From Oscillibacter sp. UBA6647 (GTDB lineage: Bacteria > Bacillota > Clostridia > Oscillospirales > Oscillospiraceae), in the NCBI RefSeq assembly GCF_002455655.1, contig NZ_DKLF01000097.1: DNA of 64,000 bases. One strand, given 5' to 3'. The notes under the pieces were generated by a model. The model searched no databases. It saw only the letters and a program-made list of their open reading frames with translations, and was not told where the DNA came from. Position numbers and translations under genes: made by a program. Shown piece by piece: positions 1 to 8,469 of the stretch (positions are counted from its first letter, which is position 1; every line of letters begins with the position of its first letter).

Positions 1-756
1 GCCGGCCTCAATCAGGGGGAGAAGGTTGTCGGAGAAGACCTCCGTGTGGATGCCAAGGTCCTTCTTGTCAAACAGGCACTTGAGAATCGCGTTGGGAATC
101 TTGCCCTGCCCCATCTGGAGGGTGGAGCCGTCCTCAATCAGTCCCGCGATGTTGGCGCCGATTTTGTCCACAACGGGGTCGCTGCTGTCAATCAGGGGAA
201 GTTCATAGAGGGGGGTATCCGCTTCCACGAAGTAGTCCAGCTCCGTCACGTGCACCTTTGTCTCCCCGCAGGTGCGGGGCATGTTGCGGTTGACCTGCAC
301 AATTTTCAGCTTGGCGGACTCCACGCAGGAGCGGGCAAAGTCCACGGACAGGCCGAAGCTGCAATAGCCCTCGTCGTCGGGGGGCGTCACCTGCCCCAGA
401 TACACGTCGCAGGGCACCACGCCGGAGCGCACCGCCCGGGGCTGGAGGGAAAACGCCATGGGGGTGAACTCTCCCCGGCCGCTCTGGACGCACTCGCGGT
501 TTTTTGCACCCAGAAACACCGAGCAGACCTTGAAACTTTCAGCGTACTCAGGCTGGGCATATCTGGCGGCGCCGATGTTCAGCCCCTGCCAGATACGCAC
601 GTCCTTCAGCTCCCCGCTGCGCCTGAGCAGCACGTCGAACAGGTATTCCGGCTCGGAAGCCGCGTGGGAAGGAATCACAAAATCTCCCGACTTAATGTGG
701 GAAACGGCTTCCTCCGCACTGACGACCCTTTGCTTGTAATAGTCTCTCCAATCCAT
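1..756 (-). CDS. Acetyl-CoA hydrolase/transferase family (4-hydroxybutyrate CoA-transferase-like); 3' end runs off the window
   Basis: Not in the ORF track because there is no stop in the window. Manual translation from ATG at 756: MDWRDYYKQRVVSAEEAVSHIKSGD...QVTPPDDEGYCSFGLSVD...VNRNMPRT...IEDGSTLQMGQGKIPNA...KDLGIHTEVF, all typical of this family. Confidence 0.88.
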   Translation of the reverse strand, partial: MDWRDYYKQRVVSAEEAVSHIKSGDFVIPSHAASEPEYLFDVLLRRSGELKDVRIWQGLNIGAARYAQPEYAESFKVCSVFLGAKNRECVQSGRGEFTPMAFSLQPRAVRSGVVPCDVYLGQVTPPDDEGYCSFGLSVDFARSCVESAKLKIVQVNRNMPRTCGETKVHVTELDYFVEADTPLYELPLIDSSDPVVDKIGANIAGLIEDGSTLQMGQGKIPNAILKCLFDKKDLGIHTEVFSDNLLPLIEAG

Positions 757-820
757 GCTTGCTTGTTCCTCTCGTTTTATATTTGACGGCCAGCCGCAGG
801 CAATTCCCGCGGGGCATTCA

Positions 821-1615
821 TCACGCTGTTTCCACGGGATTCGCTTTGCAGTTAAACTCTCCGGCCAGAAGCGCCGCCCCAATGGCGCCCACCGCCTGAC
901 AGTCGGGCGCGGGCGTAACATCGCAGCCCAGCTCCTCCCCCAGGATCCGCACCATGGTGGCATTCAAAGCCACCCCGCCGCTCATGGCCACTTCCGGTTC
1001 CATGCCCACGCGGCCGCACAGTCCTGCAACCCGCTTCGCAACAGCCCGCAGCGCGCCGCAGGCCACGTCGTTGGGGTGGGCGCCCTGCGAAAGCTGGGAG
1101 ATGACCTCGCTTTCTGCAAACACCGTGCACACACTGCTGATGGCAACATCCTCTGTGGCCTGCGCGGCCAGCACCGCCAGCTCCCCGATGGAACAGCCCA
1201 GCACTCGGGCCATCACCTCCAAAAAACGCCCGGTCCCGGCGGCGCATTTTTCGTTCATCACGAAGTTGCGGACGGTTCCGTCCCCGTCCAGCCGGATGAC
1301 CTTGGAGTCCTGTCCGCCGATGTCTACTACTGTGCGCACCTGAGGCATAAGAAAGTGCATTCCCCGGGCGTGGCAGGTAATTTCGGTAATTTGCCGGTCC
1401 GCGTCCTTATAAAGCAGCCGTCCATAGCCGGTGACCACCGTGTAGCGCACGTCGGCTCTGGTAATTCCCGCCTCGGTATAGAGATTTTCCAAGGCTTCGT
1501 AAACCCCCTTGGTCCCTGTGCCGAGATTGACGATTTTCGTGCCGAGAATTCTCCGCTCATCGTCCAGCAGTGCCGCCTTGGAGGAGGAGGAACCAATATC
1601 AATTCCTAAGTACAT
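821..1615 (-). CDS. 2-hydroxyacyl-CoA dehydratase activator (BadF/BadG/BcrA/BcrD ATPase, HadI/HgdC/FldI-like)
   Basis: GIDIGSSSSK, VTGYGR, TEITCHARG, DIGGQDSK, MNEKCAAGTGRFLE and SSVCTVFAESEVIS motifs. Confidence 0.93.
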   Translation of the reverse strand: MYLGIDIGSSSSKAALLDDERRILGTKIVNLGTGTKGVYEALENLYTEAGITRADVRYTVVTGYGRLLYKDADRQITEITCHARGMHFLMPQVRTVVDIGGQDSKVIRLDGDGTVRNFVMNEKCAAGTGRFLEVMARVLGCSIGELAVLAAQATEDVAISSVCTVFAESEVISQLSQGAHPNDVACGALRAVAKRVAGLCGRVGMEPEVAMSGGVALNATMVRILGEELGCDVTPAPDCQAVGAIGAALLAGEFNCKANPVETA

Positions 1616-1629
1616 CCTAATGCCTCTCC

Positions 1630-2754
1630 TTACAGCAGCATTTCCGCAAGACTTTGAATCCGGGTGCCGATCTGGCCGAAGCTGTCCATCTGCTGCTCCA
1701 CCTCCAGATACAGCAGGGGGATTCCCGCCGCCTCCAGCTCCGCCTTGTAAATGGGATAGTCAAACTCGTCCGGGTCGCAGAACTTCATTTGCAGGGTAAT
1801 CACCGCGTCCGCCTTGTTTTCCTTTACCAGGTCAATCAGCTTCTGTCCCCGTGTCTTCTCCGGCTCGTACAGGAAGGGGCAGCCCTTCTGGTCCGCGATG
1901 CGCCAGACCATTTTGGAAAGAGCGTCGCCCTCTGCCCGGGCGGGCACGCGGAACTGACGGCTCTCCTGCGCCAAATCGTCGGCCACAATGGCCACGCCGT
2001 TTTCCCGCAGGCTGTCCAGAACACCCAAAGGCTCCCCAACAAGGCCCGTGGCCACCGCCCGCACCGCGCAGGTTTCCTCCGGCAGCTCCGCCAAAAGGTG
2101 GGTCAGTTCGGTAATTTCCCGTGTGTGCTGGGCCTTATCCATGAAGTATCCGGCCTTGATGATCAGATGCCGGGCCTTGGCGTGAACGGTTTGGGGATGG
2201 GTGGAGGCAACCTTTGTAAAGGCGCGCATGGCCTCCCGCCATGTTTCATACACCGCGAAAGCCGCTTCCAGCTCCGCGTCGGAAACGCTTTGGCCCGCCA
2301 AATCCTCCATCTCCCGGCGCACTCGGGAAAATTCATCCCGCAGATATTTCTCTCCGGAGGGCAGCGTCCGGTTCTGGGGATAGACCACCGGAATGATAGG
2401 TACCTGCGGGACGGCCACCTTCCAGTTTTCACAGATGCATTTCAGGGTGTCGCACACGGTGGGCAGCATCACGGCCCGGAGCCGATTATACGTACCCCGC
2501 ATCCCATATTCAATGTCCGCCCGCATAATCGAGCAGCAAAAGCCCTGCAAATACCGGTCTGCCAGCTTGATTTCAGTGCTTCCGCCCCAGATGCCCACAG
2601 GGAGAAACCCGGCGGCATAGACCAGCTCTTCCGGCGCGTACAGGTAGAAGCCCACGGCTTCCTTCCCGGCCTGCTTGCAGGCTTCCGCCACGGTGCGGTC
2701 CGGGTGCAGGGCTTTTTCACACAGAGCGTCGATGATTGACTGCGCGCTGCTCAT
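1630..2754 (-). CDS. 2-hydroxyacyl-CoA dehydratase beta subunit (HadC/FldC/HgdB-like)
   Basis: PEELVYAAG, FCCSIMR, CDTLKC, MKFCDPDEFDYP, TRIQSLAEM; ATGA overlap with the alpha-subunit gene. Confidence 0.9.
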   Translation of the reverse strand: MSSAQSIIDALCEKALHPDRTVAEACKQAGKEAVGFYLYAPEELVYAAGFLPVGIWGGSTEIKLADRYLQGFCCSIMRADIEYGMRGTYNRLRAVMLPTVCDTLKCICENWKVAVPQVPIIPVVYPQNRTLPSGEKYLRDEFSRVRREMEDLAGQSVSDAELEAAFAVYETWREAMRAFTKVASTHPQTVHAKARHLIIKAGYFMDKAQHTREITELTHLLAELPEETCAVRAVATGLVGEPLGVLDSLRENGVAIVADDLAQESRQFRVPARAEGDALSKMVWRIADQKGCPFLYEPEKTRGQKLIDLVKENKADAVITLQMKFCDPDEFDYPIYKAELEAAGIPLLYLEVEQQMDSFGQIGTRIQSLAEMLL

Positions 2755-3983
2755 TTCAAGTCACCTCTCTGCTTCTTAATCTTGTTTTTCTCCATCATTT
2801 CAACCAATGCCTGAATCCGCGTCTCATACTGGGCCTGAGAGAACACGCGGGGGTCGGTCTGGTCCCCGTCAAACACCACGGAAGGCACGCCGGTGGCGTC
2901 CTCAATCCGGCGCTGCACCTCGTACTGGCGGAAATCCATCAGCTTGCAGCTTCGGTTGGAATGGTATACAATGCCGTCCAGATCAAAGTCCCGCACCAGC
3001 TTAATGACGTTTCCGGTGCCGTAGTCCAGATTGCGGTTGGCGTAGTTGGCGCTGTAAGCCCGGGCCATGCCGTCCAGATCATTTTTCTCGTACACGATGG
3101 TCCAGGATTCGGGATAGGTGCTGGTCACCATGTTGATTCCGTACTTTTTCAGGGTTTTATAGGTGACGGAGAGGTGGGGCCAGCAGGCGATTCCGTCCCA
3201 CATGATGCGGTACTTTTCTTCCCCTTCCTTCCACGGGCCGATGCCCAGCCGTACCTTTTCGGCCATCTCGTCGTGCCAGAGCTTAAACAAATCCCGGGTG
3301 GATTCCTTGCCCCGGGCGCACACGATCATGGCCATATAGTTGAACATGTCAAAGCCGTTGAGGGGCGAGGGATGATTTCGGCCCAAATCCGTTGCCCGCC
3401 GCCACCAGAGGGCCGCGTCGGACGACACCTTCATGACCTCGCCGAATTTGTCATAATCAAATTTCTTCCCGGTGATTTCCACAAGCTGCGCGATGGCGTG
3501 CTCAATCTGTCCGCGCATATAGCGGATGCTGTGCTCCGGAATATCAAAGGTGTGGTTAAAGGGCATATCAAACATTACCAGCGGAATGTGCAGCAGCTTG
3601 GCCAGATTTTCATACCATTTTACCGCGGTGTTGCAGATATTGCTGCAGCAGAAAATCAAGTCGGGCATGGGAATGTTTTCCGCCTCGGAAAACTGAATAT
3701 CGGTATAGCCGATGTTCACTCGGGCATAGGAGCAGATGTCTGCGGAATAGCCCTTCCCCTCCGCGTTGGCAATAAACTGCGACGCATCCTTCCGCGCCCC
3801 GATGGCGGCGGCGTGGTTTTCGGGATACACAACGTCGATATCCAACGTCTCAAGCAGCTCCTGCGGACAGATCGACGTGGCCCACGCAACCAGCTTTCCT
3901 TCCTTCTTGGCCTGCATAGCCCCCGCGTAATGTTCCTCCTGCAGCTTCGCCAATAGCTGCTTTGACGTTAACGCGCTTTCCAT
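2751..3983 (-). CDS. 2-hydroxyacyl-CoA dehydratase alpha subunit (HadB/FldB/HgdA-like)
   Basis: YPENHAA, GYSADICSYAR, CSNICN, NRSCK, FDGDQTDPRVFSQAQYETRIQ. Confidence 0.92.
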   Translation of the reverse strand: MESALTSKQLLAKLQEEHYAGAMQAKKEGKLVAWATSICPQELLETLDIDVVYPENHAAAIGARKDASQFIANAEGKGYSADICSYARVNIGYTDIQFSEAENIPMPDLIFCCSNICNTAVKWYENLAKLLHIPLVMFDMPFNHTFDIPEHSIRYMRGQIEHAIAQLVEITGKKFDYDKFGEVMKVSSDAALWWRRATDLGRNHPSPLNGFDMFNYMAMIVCARGKESTRDLFKLWHDEMAEKVRLGIGPWKEGEEKYRIMWDGIACWPHLSVTYKTLKKYGINMVTSTYPESWTIVYEKNDLDGMARAYSANYANRNLDYGTGNVIKLVRDFDLDGIVYHSNRSCKLMDFRQYEVQRRIEDATGVPSVVFDGDQTDPRVFSQAQYETRIQALVEMMEKNKIKKQRGDLK

Positions 3984-4058
3984 GTTGACACTTCCTTATA
4001 CAAAGATTTGCGGTTGGACTTCGCAAAAACAACCGCGTTTGCTTCCCGCACAAAAACA

Positions 4059-4075
4059 AGCAAACGGCGCGCCAA
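4059..4075 (-). promoter_or_regulatory. sigma-54 (-24/-12) promoter for the dehydratase operon
   Basis: Minus strand reads TTGGCGCGCCGTTTGCT, i.e. TGGCGC-N5-TTGC with exact spacing, ~75 nt upstream of the ATG. Confidence 0.65.
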
Positions 4076-4357
4076 AAACTTCACCCGGTTTTCACGAAGT
4101 TTTTTTCGTTTTGTTGTGCAGTGTGCCAGATAATGTTGCACTTTTTTAACTTCAGATGTAAAACAGCATCACCCGATGCGCCGCCACCTCAAAATCACCC
4201 CTTCCATGCGCCGTTTTTCCATTGCTTATCCTTCAGAAGTTCTTTTCCGCCGCGTAAGGCCGCTTTTCTGGTTGATTCGTTTTAATTAAGGATAAAATTA
4301 CGAACTTTTCTAAAATATTTCGACAATTGCTCGACGAAAGCCGAATCTGCCATTTAA

Positions 4358-4374
4358 CTGGCATGAGATTTGCT
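4358..4374 (+). promoter_or_regulatory. sigma-54 (-24/-12) promoter for the Zn dehydrogenase
   Basis: CTGGCATGAGATTTGCT, i.e. TGGCAT-N5-TTGC, ~60 nt upstream of ATG 4436. Confidence 0.72.
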
Positions 4375-4435
4375 GAAAAAATAGTAGTAATTGCACTTTT
4401 TATCCGACGACAATTCTGAAAAGGGGTACCTGTTG

Positions 4436-5467
4436 ATGAAAGCGAATTTGTACGAGGGCAACCATTCCTTTGCCCTGCATGATTACGAGCCCGCTCTCCC
4501 CAAGGCCCATGAGGTACAGGTGGACGTGGCCTACTGCGGCATCTGCGGCTCGGACCTGCATGTTTACCATGGCGACTATGACTACCGATTCAAGTCCCTT
4601 CCCCGGGCCATCGGCCACGAGTGCGCCGGAATTGTGTCCGGGGTGGGCGAGGACGTTACCGACTGGAAGGTGGGCGACCGGGTGGCGGTCTGCCCGCTGG
4701 ACTACTGCGAGGACTGCGTTGTATGCAAAGAGGGGGACAACAACTGCTGTGCTAACCTCAACTTTATGGGTCTGGACTCCTGGGGCGCCATGTGCAACCG
4801 CTGGACGGTCCACGAGCGCACGCTTCACCGCCTGCCCGAGGGCATCAGCCTGCTCCATGGCGCGCTTGTGGAGCCGCTGGCCGTGTGCTTCCACGCGCTG
4901 GAGCGCTCCCAGTCCAAGGGCGGGGATTATGCCGTGGTCATCGGCAGCGGCCCCATCGGACTGATGACGGCGCTGGTGGCCCGGTATCTGGGCCTTCAGG
5001 TGGTGATTTCCGAGGTAAATCCCGTCCGCATTGAAAAAGCCCGGCAGCTTGGGTTCACGGTGGTGAACCCCAAGGAAACAGACCTGCGCCAGTACGTCTT
5101 TGAAGCCACGGACGGCGTGGGCGCCGACGCGGTGTTTGAGGTTTCTGGCACGCAGGCGGGACTTGACACCATGGTTGAGCTGATTCACCCCCACTCCCGT
5201 ATCGTGCTGGTGGCGGCTTATCCCAAGCCCATGCAGCTTCAGCTTCAGCGGCTGTTCATGAAGGAGGTCAACCTGATCATCACCCGCAACTACAACCACA
5301 AGGATTTTGACGCCGCCATTGAAATGATGGAGGCCGCCCCCATTAACTTTGACGATCTGATCACCAAGGTCCTCCCTTTGGATCAGGTGCAGCAGGGCAT
5401 GGAGCTGTGCGGCTCCCCCACCGGCGACGTGGTGAAGGTCATGGTGGACTGTCGGAGTCATCTGTAA
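4436..5467 (+). CDS. Zn-dependent medium-chain dehydrogenase (sorbitol/threonine dehydrogenase-like)
   Basis: CGICGSDLH, GHE, structural Zn motif CEDCVVC...NCC, VEPLAV, GSGPIG; start placed after AAGGGG RBS. Confidence 0.9.
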   Translation: MKANLYEGNHSFALHDYEPALPKAHEVQVDVAYCGICGSDLHVYHGDYDYRFKSLPRAIGHECAGIVSGVGEDVTDWKVGDRVAVCPLDYCEDCVVCKEGDNNCCANLNFMGLDSWGAMCNRWTVHERTLHRLPEGISLLHGALVEPLAVCFHALERSQSKGGDYAVVIGSGPIGLMTALVARYLGLQVVISEVNPVRIEKARQLGFTVVNPKETDLRQYVFEATDGVGADAVFEVSGTQAGLDTMVELIHPHSRIVLVAAYPKPMQLQLQRLFMKEVNLIITRNYNHKDFDAAIEMMEAAPINFDDLITKVLPLDQVQQGMELCGSPTGDVVKVMVDCRSHL

Positions 5468-5519
5468 GCACAGGAATGGGACCACCCTTGCTTCCAGTTG
5501 TTACATTTTTTAAAAATGC

Positions 5520-5556
5520 CCCTAAAAGCCGCAATTGCGGCTTTTAAGGGTTTTTT
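5520..5556 (+). terminator. Intrinsic terminator
   Basis: TAAAAGCCGCAA/TTGCGGCTTTTA inverted repeat followed by a T-tract. Confidence 0.7.
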
Positions 5557-5659
5557 CTTTTAGCCGGACGGAGATTCGTAAGAAACGGGAATAGAAGTGA
5601 AAACGTTTGAATTTCGGCATTTTTGGCGAAAAATGATGAACAGAAATATGAAAATAATC

Positions 5660-5688
5660 TTTACAACCGGGAATCCTTATGATATAGT
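5660..5688 (+). promoter_or_regulatory. sigma-A promoter of rpsO-pnp
   Basis: TTTACA-17 nt-TATAGT with extended -10 TG. Confidence 0.65.
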
Positions 5689-5791
5689 AAAAAAGCACGC
5701 AAACATGCGGCGCCCCAGCGCTTCGTTTCGTGGCTTTCACCGGCCCGATGCGCAGTTTTGTGGGTAATTTTCAAAAAAGGTGGAAACAATT

Positions 5792-6058
5792 ATGATGCGC
5801 AAGGAAGAAAAAACCGCGGTTATCGACGCGAACCGCACCCATGCCACGGACACTGGCTCTCCCGAGGTTCAGGTCGCCATTCTGACGGAGCGGATTAACA
5901 CCCTCACTCAGCACATGAAGGCGAACCCTCAGGACAAGCACTCCAATCGCGGCCTCATTATGATGGTCGGCAAGCGCCGCAGCCTGCTGGACTACCTCAT
6001 GAAGAAGGACATCGAGCGTTACCGCGCCCTGATTGCAAAGCTCGGCATTCGTAAGTAA
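5792..6058 (+). CDS. rpsO: 30S ribosomal protein S15
   Basis: [16 protein letters not shown]...[20 protein letters not shown]...LGIRK. Confidence 0.98.
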   Translation: MMRKEEKTAVIDANRTHATDTGSPEVQVAILTERINTLTQHMKANPQDKHSNRGLIMMVGKRRSLLDYLMKKDIERYRALIAKLGIRK

Positions 6059-6068
6059 GATGAAGCGT

Positions 6069-6101
6069 GGGCGGTGTAGTTTGTCTGCACCGCCCCCTTT
6101 T
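6069..6101 (+). terminator. Terminator/attenuator between rpsO and pnp
   Basis: GGGCGGTGTAG/CTGCACCGCCC stem followed by a short T-tract. Confidence 0.6.
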
Positions 6102-6238
6102 CATAGATTTTGCGCCGCCGAAAGCGCCTTTAGCAGTTGAAAATGCGCCCCCGAAAGAACCCCTGCGAGGTCGTGTTTTCAAGTGCTAAATGGCCGGTAT
6201 GACGCAAAAAATTTAATTTTCCAAAAGGAGAATACAAC

Positions 6239-8389
6239 ATGTCAACGATTATCACCAAGCGTCAATACCCCGGCTACCGCAAGTACGAGATGGACTTGGC
6301 GGGCCGTCCCCTCACGATGGAGGTCGGCAAGCTGGCGGAACTGGCCAACGCCGCCGTCATGGTGGGCTACGGAGACACCCGCGTGCTGTGCTGCGTCACC
6401 GCCGCCGCCCGTCCCCGGGACGGAATTGACTTCTTCCCCCTGAGCGTGGACTTTGAGGAGAAGCTGTACTCCGTGGGCCGCATTCCTGGCTCCTTTAACC
6501 GGCGTGAGGGCCGCCCCGGCGAAAAGGGCGTTCTGACCTCCCGTGTCATTGACCGCCCTATCCGCCCCCTGTTCCCCCACGATTTCCGCAACGACGTGTC
6601 CGTGATGTGCACAGTCATGAGCGTGGACCGGGACTGCTCTCCCGAAATTGCCGCCCTCATCGGCACCTCCGCCGCCCTTGCCATCTCCGACATTCCGTGG
6701 AATGGCCCCGTGTCCGCGCTGAAGGTGGGCCTTGTGGACGGGAAACTGGTGTTCAACCCTAACGCCGAGGATCACAAGGTTTCCGATCTGGACGTGACCG
6801 TGGTTTCCACGGGCAAAAAGGTGGTCATGATCGAGGCCGGCGCCAACGAAGTGAGCAATGACACCATGTACGAGGCCATTCGCATGGCCCACGAGGAGAA
6901 TCAGAAGCAGATTGCCCTGATCAACCAGATGGTGAGCGAAATCGGCAAGGCCAAGTTCGAGTATCCCCACGCCGACTTCAATCAGGAGCTGTTTGACAAA
7001 ATCGTGGCCGCCACCATGGACGACGCCAAGGCCGCCATGGACACCGACGACAAAAACATCCGGGAGAGCCGCTGGAACCAGCTCATTGAGAAGTGGCACG
7101 GTTTGTTCCTTGAGGAATACCCCAATATGGACCAGTATCTGGACGAGATCACCTATAAGTTCCAGAAGAAGATCGTCAAGGCCTGGCTGCTGGAAGGCCA
7201 CCGGGTCGATGGCCGCAAGAGCAACGAAATTCGCGCGCTGGACGCCGAAGTGGGCATTCTTCCCCGGGTTCACGGCTCCGGCCTGTTCACCCGCGGCCAG
7301 ACGCAGGTGCTTTCCGCTTGCACGCTGGACACTCTCTCCGCCAACCAGAAGCTGGACACCATTTGGGAGGAGACGGAGAAGCGCTATATGCACCATTACA
7401 ACTTCCCCGGCTACTCCGTGGGCGAGTCCAAGCCCGCCCGCAGCCCCGGCCGCCGGGAAATCGGCCACGGCGCGCTTGCCGAGCGGGCGCTGGTACCCGT
7501 GCTCCCCTCTGTGGAGGAATTCCCCTATGCCATCCGCGTGGTGAGCGAGGTGGTTTCCTCCAACGGTTCCACCTCTCAGGGCTCCATCTGCGGCTCCACT
7601 CTGGCGCTGATGGATGCGGGCGTGCCCATCAAGGCCCCCGTGGCAGGCATTTCCTGCGGCCTGATTCAGGACGACAACGGCGGCTTCACCACCTTTATCG
7701 ACATTCAGGGCGTGGAGGATTTCCACGGCGAAATGGACTTTAAGGTGGCAGGCACCAAGAAGGGCATCACCGCCATTCAGATGGACCTGAAAAACGACGG
7801 CCTGACCATGGAGATTATTAAAAACGCGCTGGAAATCACCGGGGACGCACGCATTGAGATTCTGGACCAGGTGATGCTGCCCTGCATCTCCGCTCCTCGG
7901 GCCGAGGTTTCCCGTTACGCCCCCAAGATGATCACCATGCACATCGACCCGGACCGCATCCGTGAGGTCATCGGCAAGGGCGGCTCCGTGATTCAGAAAA
8001 TCGTGGCCGACACCGGCGCGAAAATCGACATCAACGACGACGGCTCCATTTTCATTGCCGCCGCGGATGCCACCTCCGGCGAAGCCGCCAGAAAATGCAT
8101 CAATGACATCGTGTTTGTTCCCGAGGTCGGCAAGCTGTATTACGGCCGCGTGGTGCGCCTGATGACCTTCGGCGCATTTATCGAGATTGCCCCCGGCAAG
8201 GACGGCCTGTGCCACATTTCCAAGCTGGCGGACCGCCGCATCGAGAAGGTGGAGGACGCCTGCAAGGTGGGCGACATGATGTGGGTCAAGTTCATGGAAA
8301 TTGACGAGAAGGGCCGCTGGAACCTCTCCCACAGAGACGCCATGAAGGAAATCGAGGAGAAGAAGGCCAAGGGCGAGCCCATTCAGTAA
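6239..8389 (+). CDS. pnp: Polyribonucleotide nucleotidyltransferase (PNPase)
   Basis: DFFPLSVDFEEK, RREGRP, GSGLFTRGQTQ, RREIGHGALAER, SNGSTS, MDFKVAGT; C-terminal KH and S1 domains. Confidence 0.98.
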   Translation: MSTIITKRQYPGYRKYEMDLAGRPLTMEVGKLAELANAAVMVGYGDTRVLCCVTAAARPRDGIDFFPLSVDFEEKLYSVGRIPGSFNRREGRPGEKGVLTSRVIDRPIRPLFPHDFRNDVSVMCTVMSVDRDCSPEIAALIGTSAALAISDIPWNGPVSALKVGLVDGKLVFNPNAEDHKVSDLDVTVVSTGKKVVMIEAGANEVSNDTMYEAIRMAHEENQKQIALINQMVSEIGKAKFEYPHADFNQELFDKIVAATMDDAKAAMDTDDKNIRESRWNQLIEKWHGLFLEEYPNMDQYLDEITYKFQKKIVKAWLLEGHRVDGRKSNEIRALDAEVGILPRVHGSGLFTRGQTQVLSACTLDTLSANQKLDTIWEETEKRYMHHYNFPGYSVGESKPARSPGRREIGHGALAERALVPVLPSVEEFPYAIRVVSEVVSSNGSTSQGSICGSTLALMDAGVPIKAPVAGISCGLIQDDNGGFTTFIDIQGVEDFHGEMDFKVAGTKKGITAIQMDLKNDGLTMEIIKNALEITGDARIEILDQVMLPCISAPRAEVSRYAPKMITMHIDPDRIREVIGKGGSVIQKIVADTGAKIDINDDGSIFIAAADATSGEAARKCINDIVFVPEVGKLYYGRVVRLMTFGAFIEIAPGKDGLCHISKLADRRIEKVEDACKVGDMMWVKFMEIDEKGRWNLSHRDAMKEIEEKKAKGEPIQ

Positions 8390-8469
8390 TTTTCTTTCCT
8401 TTTTGAAATACGGGGCGGAGCAGTCGCTCCGCCCCGTCGCTTTTGTGCGTTGCACGGAAAGGAGCCGCC

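Noticed and set aside
4319..4325. Perfect Spo0A-box-like TTCGACA near the sigma-54 promoter
   Set aside because: A single 7-mer is expected by chance several times in 64 kb; there is no supporting evidence
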